Source: a bacterium (GTDB lineage Bacteria; UBA8248). From it: a stretch of DNA of 64,000 nt. Made by a program: the position numbers and the translations under genes. Each line of letters begins with the position of its first letter. Position 1 is the first letter of the stretch. This document shows positions 41,203 to 51,266 of the stretch, in pieces. The notes under the pieces are model-generated. The model was given only the letters and a program-made list of their open reading frames with translations. It was not told the origin of the DNA and ran no database searches. The stretch covers positions 2,112,001 to 2,176,000 of the forward strand of contig CBDBZU010000004.1 of NCBI GenBank assembly GCA_965213625.1. Reading direction: 5' to 3'.

Positions 41203-42144
41203 TCAGGCGGCGCGCCTCTTCCCGAACAGATCCGAGTACGCTTTGGGCATGAACAGCAAGCCTATCGTCCCGTTCGCCAGCATGAAGGTGAGATGCGATA
41301 CGAGACTGTAGGCGAGCAGGTCTGCTTCCGCCGCGTAGTCTTTGAAGAAGAATATCCACGCCGCCTGGGAGGTGCCCAGGTGCGCCACCGTCACCGGAAG
41401 CGCCCCTATCATGAAGACGAGCGGCAGGAACGTGAGAAGCTGCAGCAGCGGAATGTCCATCCCGAAGAGCGTCAGGGCGTATTTGTGCACGAAAAGCGAA
41501 AGGAGGAATACGGAGCCTTTGAGCGCCAGGACGGTGAGGCCCTGCCCAAGGCGAACCGCCCGGAAAGTGTTGAGCAGGGTGTGGCCGCCGATTTTCTCAC
41601 CGATGACGCCAAGTCCCCCCCGCGCCACCTGGGTGATGAGCAGCCAGCAACAGGCGAGCCCGGCGGGCAGGGCGAACAGAAAGAGCGGCGCGCCTCCTGG
41701 AAAGGCGATGAGGCCGATAGTGGCGAAGGAGATCAGGTTCGTTACTTCGAGCAGGATGAGCATGGCGACCGTGCTCGTGATTTCGGCGAGCGGGGTCTGG
41801 AACCTGCGGTGAAAATAAAGCGCCAGCGCCACCTGTGCGAGCTGGGTGTTGATGATGGAGACGACGTAGGTGACGGCGCGCACGGGCAGCAGCGTCGGGA
41901 ACGTCAGCGGGCCGTGGAACCAGCGGATCATCCGGCTCAGGACGAAGGTGTCCATCAGGAAAAAACAGATGGAAAAACACCCCATCAGCACGAGAAAGGG
42001 CGCAAGCCTCGCCTTCGATATAGCGAGGACGAACTCGTGGAAGGGTATCCGCCAGAAGATGATGACGAAAATCACCACTGTGAGGCCGATGGGGATGAGT
42101 CGACCGGCTTTGCTGGATTGATGCGTATCCTGGTTTTGCTCCAA
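41203..42144 (-). CDS. Lysylphosphatidylglycerol synthase TM (flippase-like) domain protein
   Basis: Multiple TM helices, LP.T...LG..Q motif. Confidence 0.75.
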   Translation of the reverse strand: MEQNQDTHQSSKAGRLIPIGLTVVIFVIIFWRIPFHEFVLAISKARLAPFLVLMGCFSICFFLMDTFVLSRMIRWFHGPLTFPTLLPVRAVTYVVSIINTQLAQVALALYFHRRFQTPLAEITSTVAMLILLEVTNLISFATIGLIAFPGGAPLFLFALPAGLACCWLLITQVARGGLGVIGEKIGGHTLLNTFRAVRLGQGLTVLALKGSVFLLSLFVHKYALTLFGMDIPLLQLLTFLPLVFMIGALPVTVAHLGTSQAAWIFFFKDYAAEADLLAYSLVSHLTFMLANGTIGLLFMPKAYSDLFGKRRAA

Positions 42145-42170
42145 TGCGAAACTCCTTGAAGGCGCAGCGG

Positions 42171-43124
42171 CTATTCCTGGTGCGGCAGCGAGAAGTCCAG
42201 AATCTCGTCGACGCCCGTGCGGGCGATGGGCGCGTCGCTTCCGGCTTCCTCATCGTTGCACAGATGCTCGTAGAATATAACGTCGAATACGGTGCGGCTC
42301 ATGGGGGAGGAGGGCGAGAGGCGGCTGATGATGCCCGACGCAAGCCGGGCCGGCCCCCTCGGAATCGTCAGGATACGGGGCCGTTTGCCGAGCCTCTGCC
42401 CGGCGCGAATGAGCAGTTCGCGGTAGAGCAGGGTCTCCGGCCCCACGAGGTTCACCCGCGTGAACGGCGCATCAAAATGATGAATCGCCCAATCGACAGC
42501 GCTCAGAACGTCGCCCAGGTATATCGGCTGTATCCGCACCGCGCCGCCCGCCACGAGGGGGATCGTCGAGGAGCGGAGCAGTCTTTTTATCTGGTTCATC
42601 GCGGGTGTGTCAGCCCCCAGAATCATGGGTACACGGAAGATGGCACCCGACACGAATTTTTCTGCAATCACGTCCTCGGCCTGGCCTTTCGTCCTGATGT
42701 ACTCGTTGTGAGACCTGGAATCCGCACCCGGAAAGCTAAGGTAGATGAACGACTTCACGCCGCAGCTCTTGCTCGCTTCGGCGACGTTTTTCGTGGTGAG
42801 CAGGTTCGCCTGGAGCAGGGAATCGCCCGCTCTCGGAACCAGCGAACCCGCAAGATGCGCCACGCAGTCCGCGCCGTCCATGGCGCGCGCGAGGCTTTCT
42901 GTGTCGTCGTAGTCCACTTCCATCAATTTGGCGGTGAGATCGCTGAGATTTGCGCTTCGCCCCAGGTCCCGGACGAGCGCGCGCAGACGCGGCGGACCAA
43001 TGGCTGAATTCTCGCCTAAGCGTTCGATGAGCGCTTTGCCTACGGCGCCGTTCGCACCCGTGATGGCGATGTCGATGGGGCTTCTCCCGATATGTCGAAA
43101 GGCGGCCGAGCGCACAGGGGCCAC
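42171..43124 (-). CDS. NAD(P)-binding SDR/epimerase (NDUFA9-like)
   Basis: ITGANGAVG, Y..TK..AE, QPI...DV. Confidence 0.85.
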   Translation of the reverse strand: MAPVRSAAFRHIGRSPIDIAITGANGAVGKALIERLGENSAIGPPRLRALVRDLGRSANLSDLTAKLMEVDYDDTESLARAMDGADCVAHLAGSLVPRAGDSLLQANLLTTKNVAEASKSCGVKSFIYLSFPGADSRSHNEYIRTKGQAEDVIAEKFVSGAIFRVPMILGADTPAMNQIKRLLRSSTIPLVAGGAVRIQPIYLGDVLSAVDWAIHHFDAPFTRVNLVGPETLLYRELLIRAGQRLGKRPRILTIPRGPARLASGIISRLSPSSPMSRTVFDVIFYEHLCNDEEAGSDAPIARTGVDEILDFSLPHQE

Positions 43125-43160
43125 TCGCCTTTTCTTGAGACGCCTATACGGCGGCCTGGC

Positions 43161-44399
43161 CTATACCGTGAGCAGTTCGTGGGTCGGCGCGGTCATCTTC
43201 TCGATGGGCAGCCCGTGCGTGCAGGAGCCGGCGCAGCTTTGGTGGCTGCAGGTGAGGCACGCCGATGCGCCCGCGCCCAGCATGGAGTACTCGGCCTTGG
43301 CGAACCGCACGTCCTCATAGTCGGTCGCATACATGCGGGTGCGGAGCACGTCCGCGATGGGCACGTTCTCCGGGCACGCGCCCGCGCAGTCGTTGCACGC
43401 ATGGCGGCAGTAGGAGGTTCCGTTGAGCCGCGCGTATTTCTTCAAAATCGGCACCTCGCGGCGCGATATCTTTTTCCAGCCAGAGCCGCCCACGAACTCG
43501 GTGATGTTCTCCTTGCTCGTCATCGAGATAATGAGCGAGTCCACGTTGGGGTTCGAGAGCACCCAGCGGAAGGCGGCCTGCGAATAGGTGGCGCCTCCTT
43601 TCTCGTATGGACGCATGTCGTTCAGGCGCGCGCCCATGAGCGTCTTCATGGCGATGACGCCGATGCCCTTGGCTTTCGCCCGGGCAAGCGCGAGGGGCAG
43701 TTTCGGGAATCTGGCGATGAAATCGAATCCGCGCGTGAACCGCTGGTAGAAGGCCGGGTCCTGGCCGAAGTTGTAGGCCACGAGATATACGTCCACGACG
43801 CTGTTGTCGGTGCAGTAGTCGAGGCACTCGATCAGGTTGCCCGCATGGCCCGACATGCCGGAATAGCGGATTTTTCCCTGTTTTTTCGCGAGAGCGACGA
43901 ACTCGCTCCACTCGGGGTTCTTCATCCTGTCCACGTCGTTCACCGCGTGGTTGAAGTAGACGTCTACGTAGTCGGTCTGGAGTTTCTGGAGGCTCTGCTC
44001 GAGCGAGCGCATCATCGAGGCTTTGTCGTCGCTCGGTCCCGCATGCGTTTTGGACGCGATGTAGACCTTGTGGCGTTTTCCCTTGAGCGCGCGGCCGATG
44101 GTGGTCTCCGATTCCCCCCAGGAGTAGCTCTCGGCGGTATCGAAATAGTTGATGCCCAGATCGAGCGCGTGGTGTACGAGGTCTTCCTCGTCAGAGCCAA
44201 GCCTGCTGCTGCCGAATGAAATATCGGACATCTTGATGTCCGTCTTGCCGAGTGTCACGTAGCGGCGCACCCGGTTCTGCGCGGCGTCCGCGTTCATGGC
44301 GCGCGCGAAGGGCAGGAGTCCGGCGCCGAGGCCGGCGAAAGCGCTTTTTCGGATAAAATCGCGTCTTGGCAGAAAGTCGTAGTTTCGGGGCATCGGCAT
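43161..44399 (-). CDS. Aldo/keto reductase with Tat-like leader and C-terminal Fe-S domain
   Basis: PRRDFIRK leader; GINYFDTAESY; CRHACNDC...CP and CLTC...C...C. Confidence 0.88.
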   Translation of the reverse strand: MPMPRNYDFLPRRDFIRKSAFAGLGAGLLPFARAMNADAAQNRVRRYVTLGKTDIKMSDISFGSSRLGSDEEDLVHHALDLGINYFDTAESYSWGESETTIGRALKGKRHKVYIASKTHAGPSDDKASMMRSLEQSLQKLQTDYVDVYFNHAVNDVDRMKNPEWSEFVALAKKQGKIRYSGMSGHAGNLIECLDYCTDNSVVDVYLVAYNFGQDPAFYQRFTRGFDFIARFPKLPLALARAKAKGIGVIAMKTLMGARLNDMRPYEKGGATYSQAAFRWVLSNPNVDSLIISMTSKENITEFVGGSGWKKISRREVPILKKYARLNGTSYCRHACNDCAGACPENVPIADVLRTRMYATDYEDVRFAKAEYSMLGAGASACLTCSHQSCAGSCTHGLPIEKMTAPTHELLTV

Positions 44400-44529
44400 T
44401 CTCCAGGCTAGAGAAATGTGGCGACCCGCCTATCTCACATTATTTTTCCGTTCAGGTCAATTCGCGGGAATTGCTCCTGTAATAGTTTCACAGCAAAGTC
44501 CCAGGAGAAGTTTCGGTGCTTGGTCATAG

Positions 44530-45090
44530 TCAAGACGGCTGGAGAATTCCCAGAATGAACAGGAACAAGGCGAAAATGACTGCTATCCATATGATGCCTT
44601 TCAATCCACAACCAGAACCTGACGCCGCAACCGACTTTAACGGAATTGGATCGTGACCTGTAATTTCCTGAAACCGTTCCGACGACTGATCTCTCCACGA
44701 CTTCAGCGCAGCTTCAAATCCCGCGGCATCTTCGCGAGTAGAGAAGGGACTGGACGTCCATAGTAGCTTCGGGTCTCCACCGGCCGTGGATTTGACTTTG
44801 TTGTCTGTATGAGCCTTTACTCTCGCCCGAACATTGGCGCTGTGCCCCACATAGTGACCGTAGTCGGTATCCAGCAGGTATACAAAGAATTTTTTACGGC
44901 CCAGCTTCGCATCACGCTTGGCTTGGCCGCTGAGATGTTCCGGGTCGTGCCAACTGCTCCGTCGACGACGCATCTCACAGTTGTAGCAGCGTGTGTAACG
45001 GCGACTTATACGCCGTCCGCAATTGGAACAAGTGTTGAAGCGCAACATATTCTTGCCTGATTCACATGCCTGCGCCTCGGCCCAGCTCAT
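44530..45090 (-). CDS. Zn-ribbon + GIY-YIG-like nuclease + C-terminal TM protein
   Basis: CSNC..CYNC; FVYLL....HYVG.S.N...R...H; A..FE..LK; hydrophobic tail. Confidence 0.7.
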   Translation of the reverse strand: MSWAEAQACESGKNMLRFNTCSNCGRRISRRYTRCYNCEMRRRRSSWHDPEHLSGQAKRDAKLGRKKFFVYLLDTDYGHYVGHSANVRARVKAHTDNKVKSTAGGDPKLLWTSSPFSTREDAAGFEAALKSWRDQSSERFQEITGHDPIPLKSVAASGSGCGLKGIIWIAVIFALFLFILGILQPS

Positions 45091-45219
45091 TCTTTTTCAC
45101 TGAGCCGAGGCTTGGCATCCTCGTGTGTTCGCAGCTTATGGGGTCAAAAACAGTTCTTTACTCACTTTCGCGTAATTGCCTCAACATTCGTGGTCGTAAA
45201 ACAACCCCGCGCTTACAAA

Positions 45220-46452
45220 TCACGCGTCGATGACGCGGAAGCTCCTGTCCTGGGGAATGAGCATCTCCCAGCCGTTTTCCTTCACGATGACCGAGTATTC
45301 GATCTGGTAACCGCCCTGGCCGAACGTGCCGATGGGCGCCTCGATGTTGATCACCGAATCGACGGGGTAGGGGATCTCGGAGGTTTCCGGGTAGAACGGC
45401 TGGTTGTACTTCGATTCGGGCCCGAGGATGAAGGGGAACTCCCTGGCTTCCAGGCCAATCGTGTGCCCTGCGAAGGGTGCGTCGAACTCGGGAAAGCGCG
45501 ACTGGATTCCCTTGACCAGCGCCTGATATATCTGGTTGCCCGTGCAGCCGGCCTTTATGACCTCCAGGCACTCGTGGAACCCCTCTTCGACTCCTTTCCA
45601 TTCGCGCTGCACGCGCGCGCTCGGCTCGCCGATGGAGCCGCAGCTTCCCGTGTCGGCGTTGTAGTTTTTATGAAACAAGCCGGCATCGAACATGAATCCG
45701 TCGCCTTTTTCGAGCTTTCTGTCGGTGGGCGGGAAGATGAAGACGCCCCTCGGGCCTGAGTTGAAGTGGAACCAGTGCCACATGCCGCCGGGCCGGGCCA
45801 CCTCCTGCCGCCAGACCTCGGCCACCTCGCGCTCGCTCACGCCCTCGCGCACGAATTCGAACACCTTGGTGATGGCGTCTTCGTTCACCTGCGCCGCCTC
45901 GCGCAGGCGGTCGAGCTCATCCGCCGTCTTGACGAGCCGCGTCATCAGGAACAGTCCCGAGCCGGGGATGAATTCACAATTGGGCAGTTTTTCCTTCAAG
46001 GTCGCGAACAGGCTGTCCGGGCAGCCCTCCTCATCCAAGGCGATTCTGCCGGAAGTGATGCCCCGGTCCCTGAGAGCGGCGAGGAGCCCGTCGAGCAGGG
46101 TCGCGTGTTTGGCCCCGCTTGCGTGGAGTTCGCGGTAGCGCTTCATCTCGTCGTCATGCGGCTCGTAGCCCTCCGGCTCGATGTGGTTCGCCTGTCCGCC
46201 CCAGACGTAGACGTTCTCCGCGTGTCCGCCGTAGGCGGCGTAATAGGTGTTGTCCGCGCGGTTCATGATGAGGTCGGTGCCGGCGTCCGGGTCGTTGGTC
46301 ATCACGCCGTAGCTTTTTCGCGCGCGGTAGACCCGCTGCGCCCAGCCGATGTGGCCCGTCAGGTAGGTGACGTTCTCGAGGGTCGTGCCGATCATGGCCG
46401 CCACGTCGTGTTCTCGCATCAGTTCCAGCGCGCGTTCCCTGTTGTAGAGCAT
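45220..46452 (-). CDS. M24 Xaa-Pro peptidase/creatinase family protein
   Basis: R.VKT.DE...LR.A, D..D, GHTIGL, two conserved Glu; ATG 46452. Confidence 0.88.
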   Translation of the reverse strand: MLYNRERALELMREHDVAAMIGTTLENVTYLTGHIGWAQRVYRARKSYGVMTNDPDAGTDLIMNRADNTYYAAYGGHAENVYVWGGQANHIEPEGYEPHDDEMKRYRELHASGAKHATLLDGLLAALRDRGITSGRIALDEEGCPDSLFATLKEKLPNCEFIPGSGLFLMTRLVKTADELDRLREAAQVNEDAITKVFEFVREGVSEREVAEVWRQEVARPGGMWHWFHFNSGPRGVFIFPPTDRKLEKGDGFMFDAGLFHKNYNADTGSCGSIGEPSARVQREWKGVEEGFHECLEVIKAGCTGNQIYQALVKGIQSRFPEFDAPFAGHTIGLEAREFPFILGPESKYNQPFYPETSEIPYPVDSVINIEAPIGTFGQGGYQIEYSVIVKENGWEMLIPQDRSFRVIDA

Positions 46453-46644
46453 GTTTTTCTCCCTGAAAAAATTTCTTTTGCTGCACGGAATTTTGTTGGA
46501 AAATGTCTTGGGGGGAATATGTACCACAACCAAAGCGCCTCAAGCGAGGCTGAGCGCCTTGACAGAAACGGGCCGAAGCGCAAGGTTTAGCAACAGCGGG
46601 AGCAGTTGGCCCGTCATCTATTTCGTCATCCTGAGGAGAAGAAG

Positions 46645-47226
46645 TTGAGCGTGGACCTGGATCGCGCAAGCGCCGAGGCGCTTTTATTTGAGTGGACCAA
46701 GAGCCCCGGCTTGAGAGCGCACGCCCGGGCGGTGGAGGCCGCCCTTTGCGCCTACGCGAGGAAATACGGTGAAGACGAGGCGCTCTGGAGCGTCACAGGT
46801 CTCTTGCACGACATGGATTACGAAAAGCATCCCTCGCCTGAAGAGCACCCCGAGACCGGCTGCGCGGTGTTGCGGGAGGCGGGCTATCCCGAGGAAATGA
46901 TACAGGCCATTCTGGGGCACGCGGAGTACCTGAACATCCCCCGGGAGACGCGCCTCGCCCAGGCGCTCTTCGCCGTGGATGAACTGGTGGGCCTCATCAC
47001 CGCCGTCGCCCTGGTGAATCCGGCGAAAGACGTCCGCCAGGTGAAGCCGAGAAGCATACGGAAAAAGTGGAAGGACAAGAATTTCGCCAAGGGCGTGAAT
47101 CGTGCGGATGTGGAGCTGGGAGCCTCGGAGCTTGGGGTGCCTCTGGAGGAGCACGTCGCCTTTACGCTGGAAGCCATGCAGGGGGCGGCTGAGGATTTAG
47201 GCCTCGACGGTTCCCGTGCGGGCTGA
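46645..47226 (+). CDS. HD-domain hydrolase
   Basis: H...VEA, GLLHDMDYE, AI.GH, A.DEL.G, FA.GV.R. Confidence 0.88.
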   Translation: MSVDLDRASAEALLFEWTKSPGLRAHARAVEAALCAYARKYGEDEALWSVTGLLHDMDYEKHPSPEEHPETGCAVLREAGYPEEMIQAILGHAEYLNIPRETRLAQALFAVDELVGLITAVALVNPAKDVRQVKPRSIRKKWKDKNFAKGVNRADVELGASELGVPLEEHVAFTLEAMQGAAEDLGLDGSRAG

Positions 47227-47263
47227 TGTATTTGATTTTTTTGAAAAAAAGCTTGGTTTTGCG

Positions 47264-47292
47264 TTGACGGCTTTGAATGATTTCCGCATAAT
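47264..47292 (+). promoter_or_regulatory. Sigma70-like promoter of korAB
   Basis: TTGACG-17 bp-CATAAT with an AT-rich upstream tract. Confidence 0.55.
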
Positions 47293-47444
47293 TCGCGATC
47301 GGCTGGTTGATGTATGAATCGCCACTCGGACTCGAATGGACATGCCCAAAAAAAATATGCACGACATATGGTATTTCTCAGTGAATGAAACCCTCCACGA
47401 ATTTCCCTATACCAGATACATCCAATTAAAGGACAACCAAACCA

Positions 47445-49301
47445 ATGGCTGAGTCTTCAGGTAAAAACGGGGCCGAGAAGCAGCTTGTTGAACTCGAAAC
47501 GGTTGCGATTCGATTCGCCGGCGATTCCGGCGACGGGATGCAGCTCACCGGAGACAGGTTCACGAACGCGGCGGCCATCGCCGGGAACGATTTGAGCACG
47601 TTTCCCGACTTTCCCGCCGAGATTCGCGCGCCCGTCGGAACCCTCGCCGGTGTCAGCGGGTTCCAGATCAACTTCTCGAGCAAGGACATCCATACCCCGG
47701 GCGACGCCGTGGACGTACTCGTGGCGATGAACCCCGCCGCGCTCAAGACGAGCATCGGCGATTTGAAGAGCGGGGGCATCATCATCGCGAACGTGGACAA
47801 CTTCGGCCAGAAGAACCTGGCCAAGGCCGGTTATGAGTCCAACCCCCTCGAGGATGAGGAGTTCAAGGGCAACTACGACATCCACGAAGTGAAGATCACC
47901 TCCATGACGCGCCAGGCCCTCGAAGACATGGAGCTGCAGTCCAACCTGGCGGATCGGTGCAAGAACTTCTTCGCGCTGGGCCTGATGTACTGGATGTACT
48001 CGCGTCCGCTGGATCCGACAAAGCAGTGGATCGAGGAGAAATTCGGAAAACGCCCCGAGTTCGTGCAGGCCAACACGCGCGCGCTCGAGGCCGGGTATTT
48101 CTTCGGTGAGAACACCGAGGTCTTCACCAGCAACTACATCGTGCGCGAGGCGACCTATCCGCCCGGCAAGTACAGGAACATATCCGGCAACGTCGCCCTG
48201 GCGTACGGCTTCATTGCGGCGACGAAGAAGATGGGCATCAACCTCTTCTGGGGCGCCTATCCGATTACGCCGGCCAGCGACGTTCTCCACGAACTCTCCC
48301 GCCACAAGAATTTCGGCGTGCAGACCTTCCAGGCGGAAGATGAAATCGCCGCCGTGTCCGCGGCGCTTGGCGCTTCGTTCACCGGCTCGCTCGGCGTAAC
48401 GTGCTCGAGCGGCCCCGGCATCGCCCTCAAGGCTGAAGCCATGGGTCTCGGCGTGATGACGGAGCTTCCCATGGTCATCGCCAACATCCAGCGCGGCGGC
48501 CCGAGCACGGGCCTGCCCACGAAGACCGAGCAGGCCGACCTGCTCCAGGTGATGTTCGGGCGCAACAGTGAAAGCCCGCTGCCGATCGTGGCGGCGGCCA
48601 CGCCGGGGGATTGCTTCTGGACGGCGATAGAAGCGAGCCGCCTGGCGGTGAAATACATGACGCCGGTGGTGGTCCTGAGTGACGGCTACCTGGCCAACGG
48701 CTCGGAACCCTGGCTGCTGCCCAAGGCGGATGATATTCCCGAGATGCCGGTGACCTACAGGACGGACCCGGAAGGGTTCCTGCCCTATCTTCGGGACCCG
48801 GAAACGATGGCCCGTCCATGGGCGATTCCCGGGACGCCCGGACTCGAGCACAGAATCGGCGGGATCGAGAAGGAAGACCAGACCGGCAACGTCAACTACG
48901 AGCCCGAGAACCACGAATTCATGGTGCGCACGCGCGATGAGAAGATTGCGGGCATCGCGAAGGACATCCCGCCCGCGGAGGTCATCGGCGATCAGAGCGG
49001 CAAGGTTCTCGTCATCGGCTGGGGCGGAACCTTCGGCGCCATCACGGCGGCAATCGAGGCTCTACAAGCCCGGGGCGCTTCCGTATCCCAGGTACACCTC
49101 CGGCACCTCAACCCCTTCCCGGCGAACCTCGAAGAAGTGCTCGGCAATTTCGAAAAAATTCTCGTCCCCGAGTTGAACCTCGGGCAACTCTCCAAGATGC
49201 TCCGCTACCAATATCTGGTCGACACGATCAGCTTCAACAAAATCCAAGGAAAGCCCTTCAAGGTCGGCGAACTGATTACCAAGATTGAGGAGTTACTCTA
49301 A
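47445..49301 (+). CDS. korA: 2-oxoacid:ferredoxin oxidoreductase alpha subunit
   Basis: GDSGDG, YPITPAS, EDEIAA, QRGGPSTGLPTK.EQ.D. Confidence 0.93.
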   Translation: MAESSGKNGAEKQLVELETVAIRFAGDSGDGMQLTGDRFTNAAAIAGNDLSTFPDFPAEIRAPVGTLAGVSGFQINFSSKDIHTPGDAVDVLVAMNPAALKTSIGDLKSGGIIIANVDNFGQKNLAKAGYESNPLEDEEFKGNYDIHEVKITSMTRQALEDMELQSNLADRCKNFFALGLMYWMYSRPLDPTKQWIEEKFGKRPEFVQANTRALEAGYFFGENTEVFTSNYIVREATYPPGKYRNISGNVALAYGFIAATKKMGINLFWGAYPITPASDVLHELSRHKNFGVQTFQAEDEIAAVSAALGASFTGSLGVTCSSGPGIALKAEAMGLGVMTELPMVIANIQRGGPSTGLPTKTEQADLLQVMFGRNSESPLPIVAAATPGDCFWTAIEASRLAVKYMTPVVVLSDGYLANGSEPWLLPKADDIPEMPVTYRTDPEGFLPYLRDPETMARPWAIPGTPGLEHRIGGIEKEDQTGNVNYEPENHEFMVRTRDEKIAGIAKDIPPAEVIGDQSGKVLVIGWGGTFGAITAAIEALQARGASVSQVHLRHLNPFPANLEEVLGNFEKILVPELNLGQLSKMLRYQYLVDTISFNKIQGKPFKVGELITKIEELL

Positions 49302-50324
49302 ATGTCTACGACGACAGCCAAGAACGGCGGGGGGTTGGGCCTCACCCGCAAGGATTTTCAGTCCGACCAAGTCGTGCGCTGGTGCCCGGGTTGCGGTGAC
49401 TACGCGATTCTGGCGCAGATGCAGAAGGTGCTGCCGACGCTCGAGATTCCGCGCGAGAAGTTCGTTTTCGTATCCGGTATCGGCTGCGCGGCGCGCTTTC
49501 CCTACTACATGGACACGTTCGGTTTCCACACCATTCACGGACGCGCTCCGGCGTTCGCCACCGGCGTGAAGGTGAGCAACCCGGACCTCTCCGTCTGGGT
49601 CATCAGCGGCGACGGCGACGCGCTGTCCATCGGCGGAAACCACCTGATTCACTCCATGCGCCGCAACGTGGGCGTCAAGATCATTCTCTTCAACAACCGC
49701 GTGTACGGATTGACCAAGGGCCAGTATTCACCGACCTCGCTTCTGGGCTCGCGCACGAAATCCACGCCCATCGGCTCGGTGGACTATCCGCTCCACCCGC
49801 TGACGCTGGCCCTGGGAGCGGAGTGCAGCTTCGTGGCCCGCACGACGGACAGGGATCAGAAGCACATGGCCTCGATGTTCGAGGAGATGGCGAACCACGA
49901 AGGCACGTCGCTTCTCGAGGTGTTGCAGAACTGCATCGTGTTCAACGACGGCGCGTGGCACAAGTTCACCGAGAAAGGCATGAAAGAGCAGAACGTGATG
50001 TATCTCGAAGACGGCCAGCCCCTCGTCTATGGCCCGCAGGATGATCGCAAGGGAATCTCCCTGGATGATTACAAGGTCCGGGTCGTCGAGGCCGATTCTC
50101 CCGACGTCACCGTCCACCGCGTGGACGATGAGGCGGGCGGCTACGCCCATATCCTGAGCCGGGTCGAACTCGAAGGCGGCCCCGTGCCCCTGGGCGTTCT
50201 GAGAAAGGTGGAGCGTCCGCCGTTCGAGGGATTGATGGTGGATCAAGTCGCCGCAGCCCAGGCGAAAGGCGAGGGCGATATCGACACGCTCTTGAATTCG
50301 GGAGATACCTGGGAGCACCACTAG
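49302..50324 (+). CDS. korB: 2-oxoacid:ferredoxin oxidoreductase beta subunit
   Basis: WCPGCGD, SGIGC, GDGD...IGGNH, YGLTKGQ.SPT. Confidence 0.93.
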   Translation: MSTTTAKNGGGLGLTRKDFQSDQVVRWCPGCGDYAILAQMQKVLPTLEIPREKFVFVSGIGCAARFPYYMDTFGFHTIHGRAPAFATGVKVSNPDLSVWVISGDGDALSIGGNHLIHSMRRNVGVKIILFNNRVYGLTKGQYSPTSLLGSRTKSTPIGSVDYPLHPLTLALGAECSFVARTTDRDQKHMASMFEEMANHEGTSLLEVLQNCIVFNDGAWHKFTEKGMKEQNVMYLEDGQPLVYGPQDDRKGISLDDYKVRVVEADSPDVTVHRVDDEAGGYAHILSRVELEGGPVPLGVLRKVERPPFEGLMVDQVAAAQAKGEGDIDTLLNSGDTWEHH

Positions 50325-50341
50325 TATTCGTCGCCTCCAAG

Positions 50342-50372
50342 GGCCGCCGGGATTCGACCTGGCGGCCTTTTT
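50342..50372 (+). terminator. Intrinsic terminator after korB
   Basis: GGCCGCC...GGCGGCC followed by TTTTT. Confidence 0.7.
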
Positions 50373-50396
50373 CGCGCCTTCTGGCGTCCGGAACCC

Positions 50397-51266
50397 ATGT
50401 CAAAAACCTTCACCCTTCTTCTAGTTCATGCGCACCCCGACGATGAGTGCAGCAGTACGGGCGGTCTGATTCTCAAGAGCGCGCGAGAAGGTCACCGCGT
50501 CATACTCGTCACCTGCACCAACGGCGAGATGGGGAAGATGGAGCATCTCGACGTGAATCTTGACCCCGAATCCGAGTCGGACCAGGACAGGCTCGGGGAA
50601 ATCAGAATCGAAGAACTGGAACGCGCGGCGCGGATTTTGCGGATTACGGAAGTTCACACCTTGGGCTATCGCGATTCGGGCATGGACGGCTGGGAGGGCA
50701 ACGGGCACGCCAAGGCGTTCAAGAACGCCGATGAGGAAGAAGTCGTCGGCAGGATTGTGGGCTACATACGCCGCTATCGCCCCGACGTGGTCATCACCTA
50801 CAACGAGCAGGGTGGATACGGCCACCCCGATCACTTGAAGGCCAACAAGGTCACCACCGAAGCGTTGGAGGCGGCCGCAGACCCCGCTCGATTCCCCGAA
50901 GAAGGAAATGAGGTCTGGCGCGTGCCCAAGTTTTACCACACGGCGTGGTCGCGCTCGAAGATGCTGCGCGCCTGGCGCTGGATGAAGTTTTTCGGGCAGA
51001 AAACGCCGCTCGACGATCCCGACTTCCGGGAGGACAAGTACGGTACGCCGGATGAAGTCATCACCACCCGCGTGAACATCCGCTGGCAGCTTCGCCGCAA
51101 ATTTCGCGCGCTCACCGCGCACCAGAGCCAGATTAACGGAAATTTCTTCTGGTGGTTCGTTCGCTTGACCGGGCGCTGGCTCTACAAAGAGGAATCCTTC
51201 GTTCGCGTCCAATCACAGGCGGAAGTGCGAGGCGAGGAGAGTTCGGTGTACGAGGGACTATCCTGA
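50397..51266 (+). CDS. PIG-L family deacetylase (MshB/Mca-like)
   Basis: HAHPDDE, GYRDSGM, GGYGHPDH, AH.SQ. Confidence 0.92.
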   Translation: MSKTFTLLLVHAHPDDECSSTGGLILKSAREGHRVILVTCTNGEMGKMEHLDVNLDPESESDQDRLGEIRIEELERAARILRITEVHTLGYRDSGMDGWEGNGHAKAFKNADEEEVVGRIVGYIRRYRPDVVITYNEQGGYGHPDHLKANKVTTEALEAAADPARFPEEGNEVWRVPKFYHTAWSRSKMLRAWRWMKFFGQKTPLDDPDFREDKYGTPDEVITTRVNIRWQLRRKFRALTAHQSQINGNFFWWFVRLTGRWLYKEESFVRVQSQAEVRGEESSVYEGLS

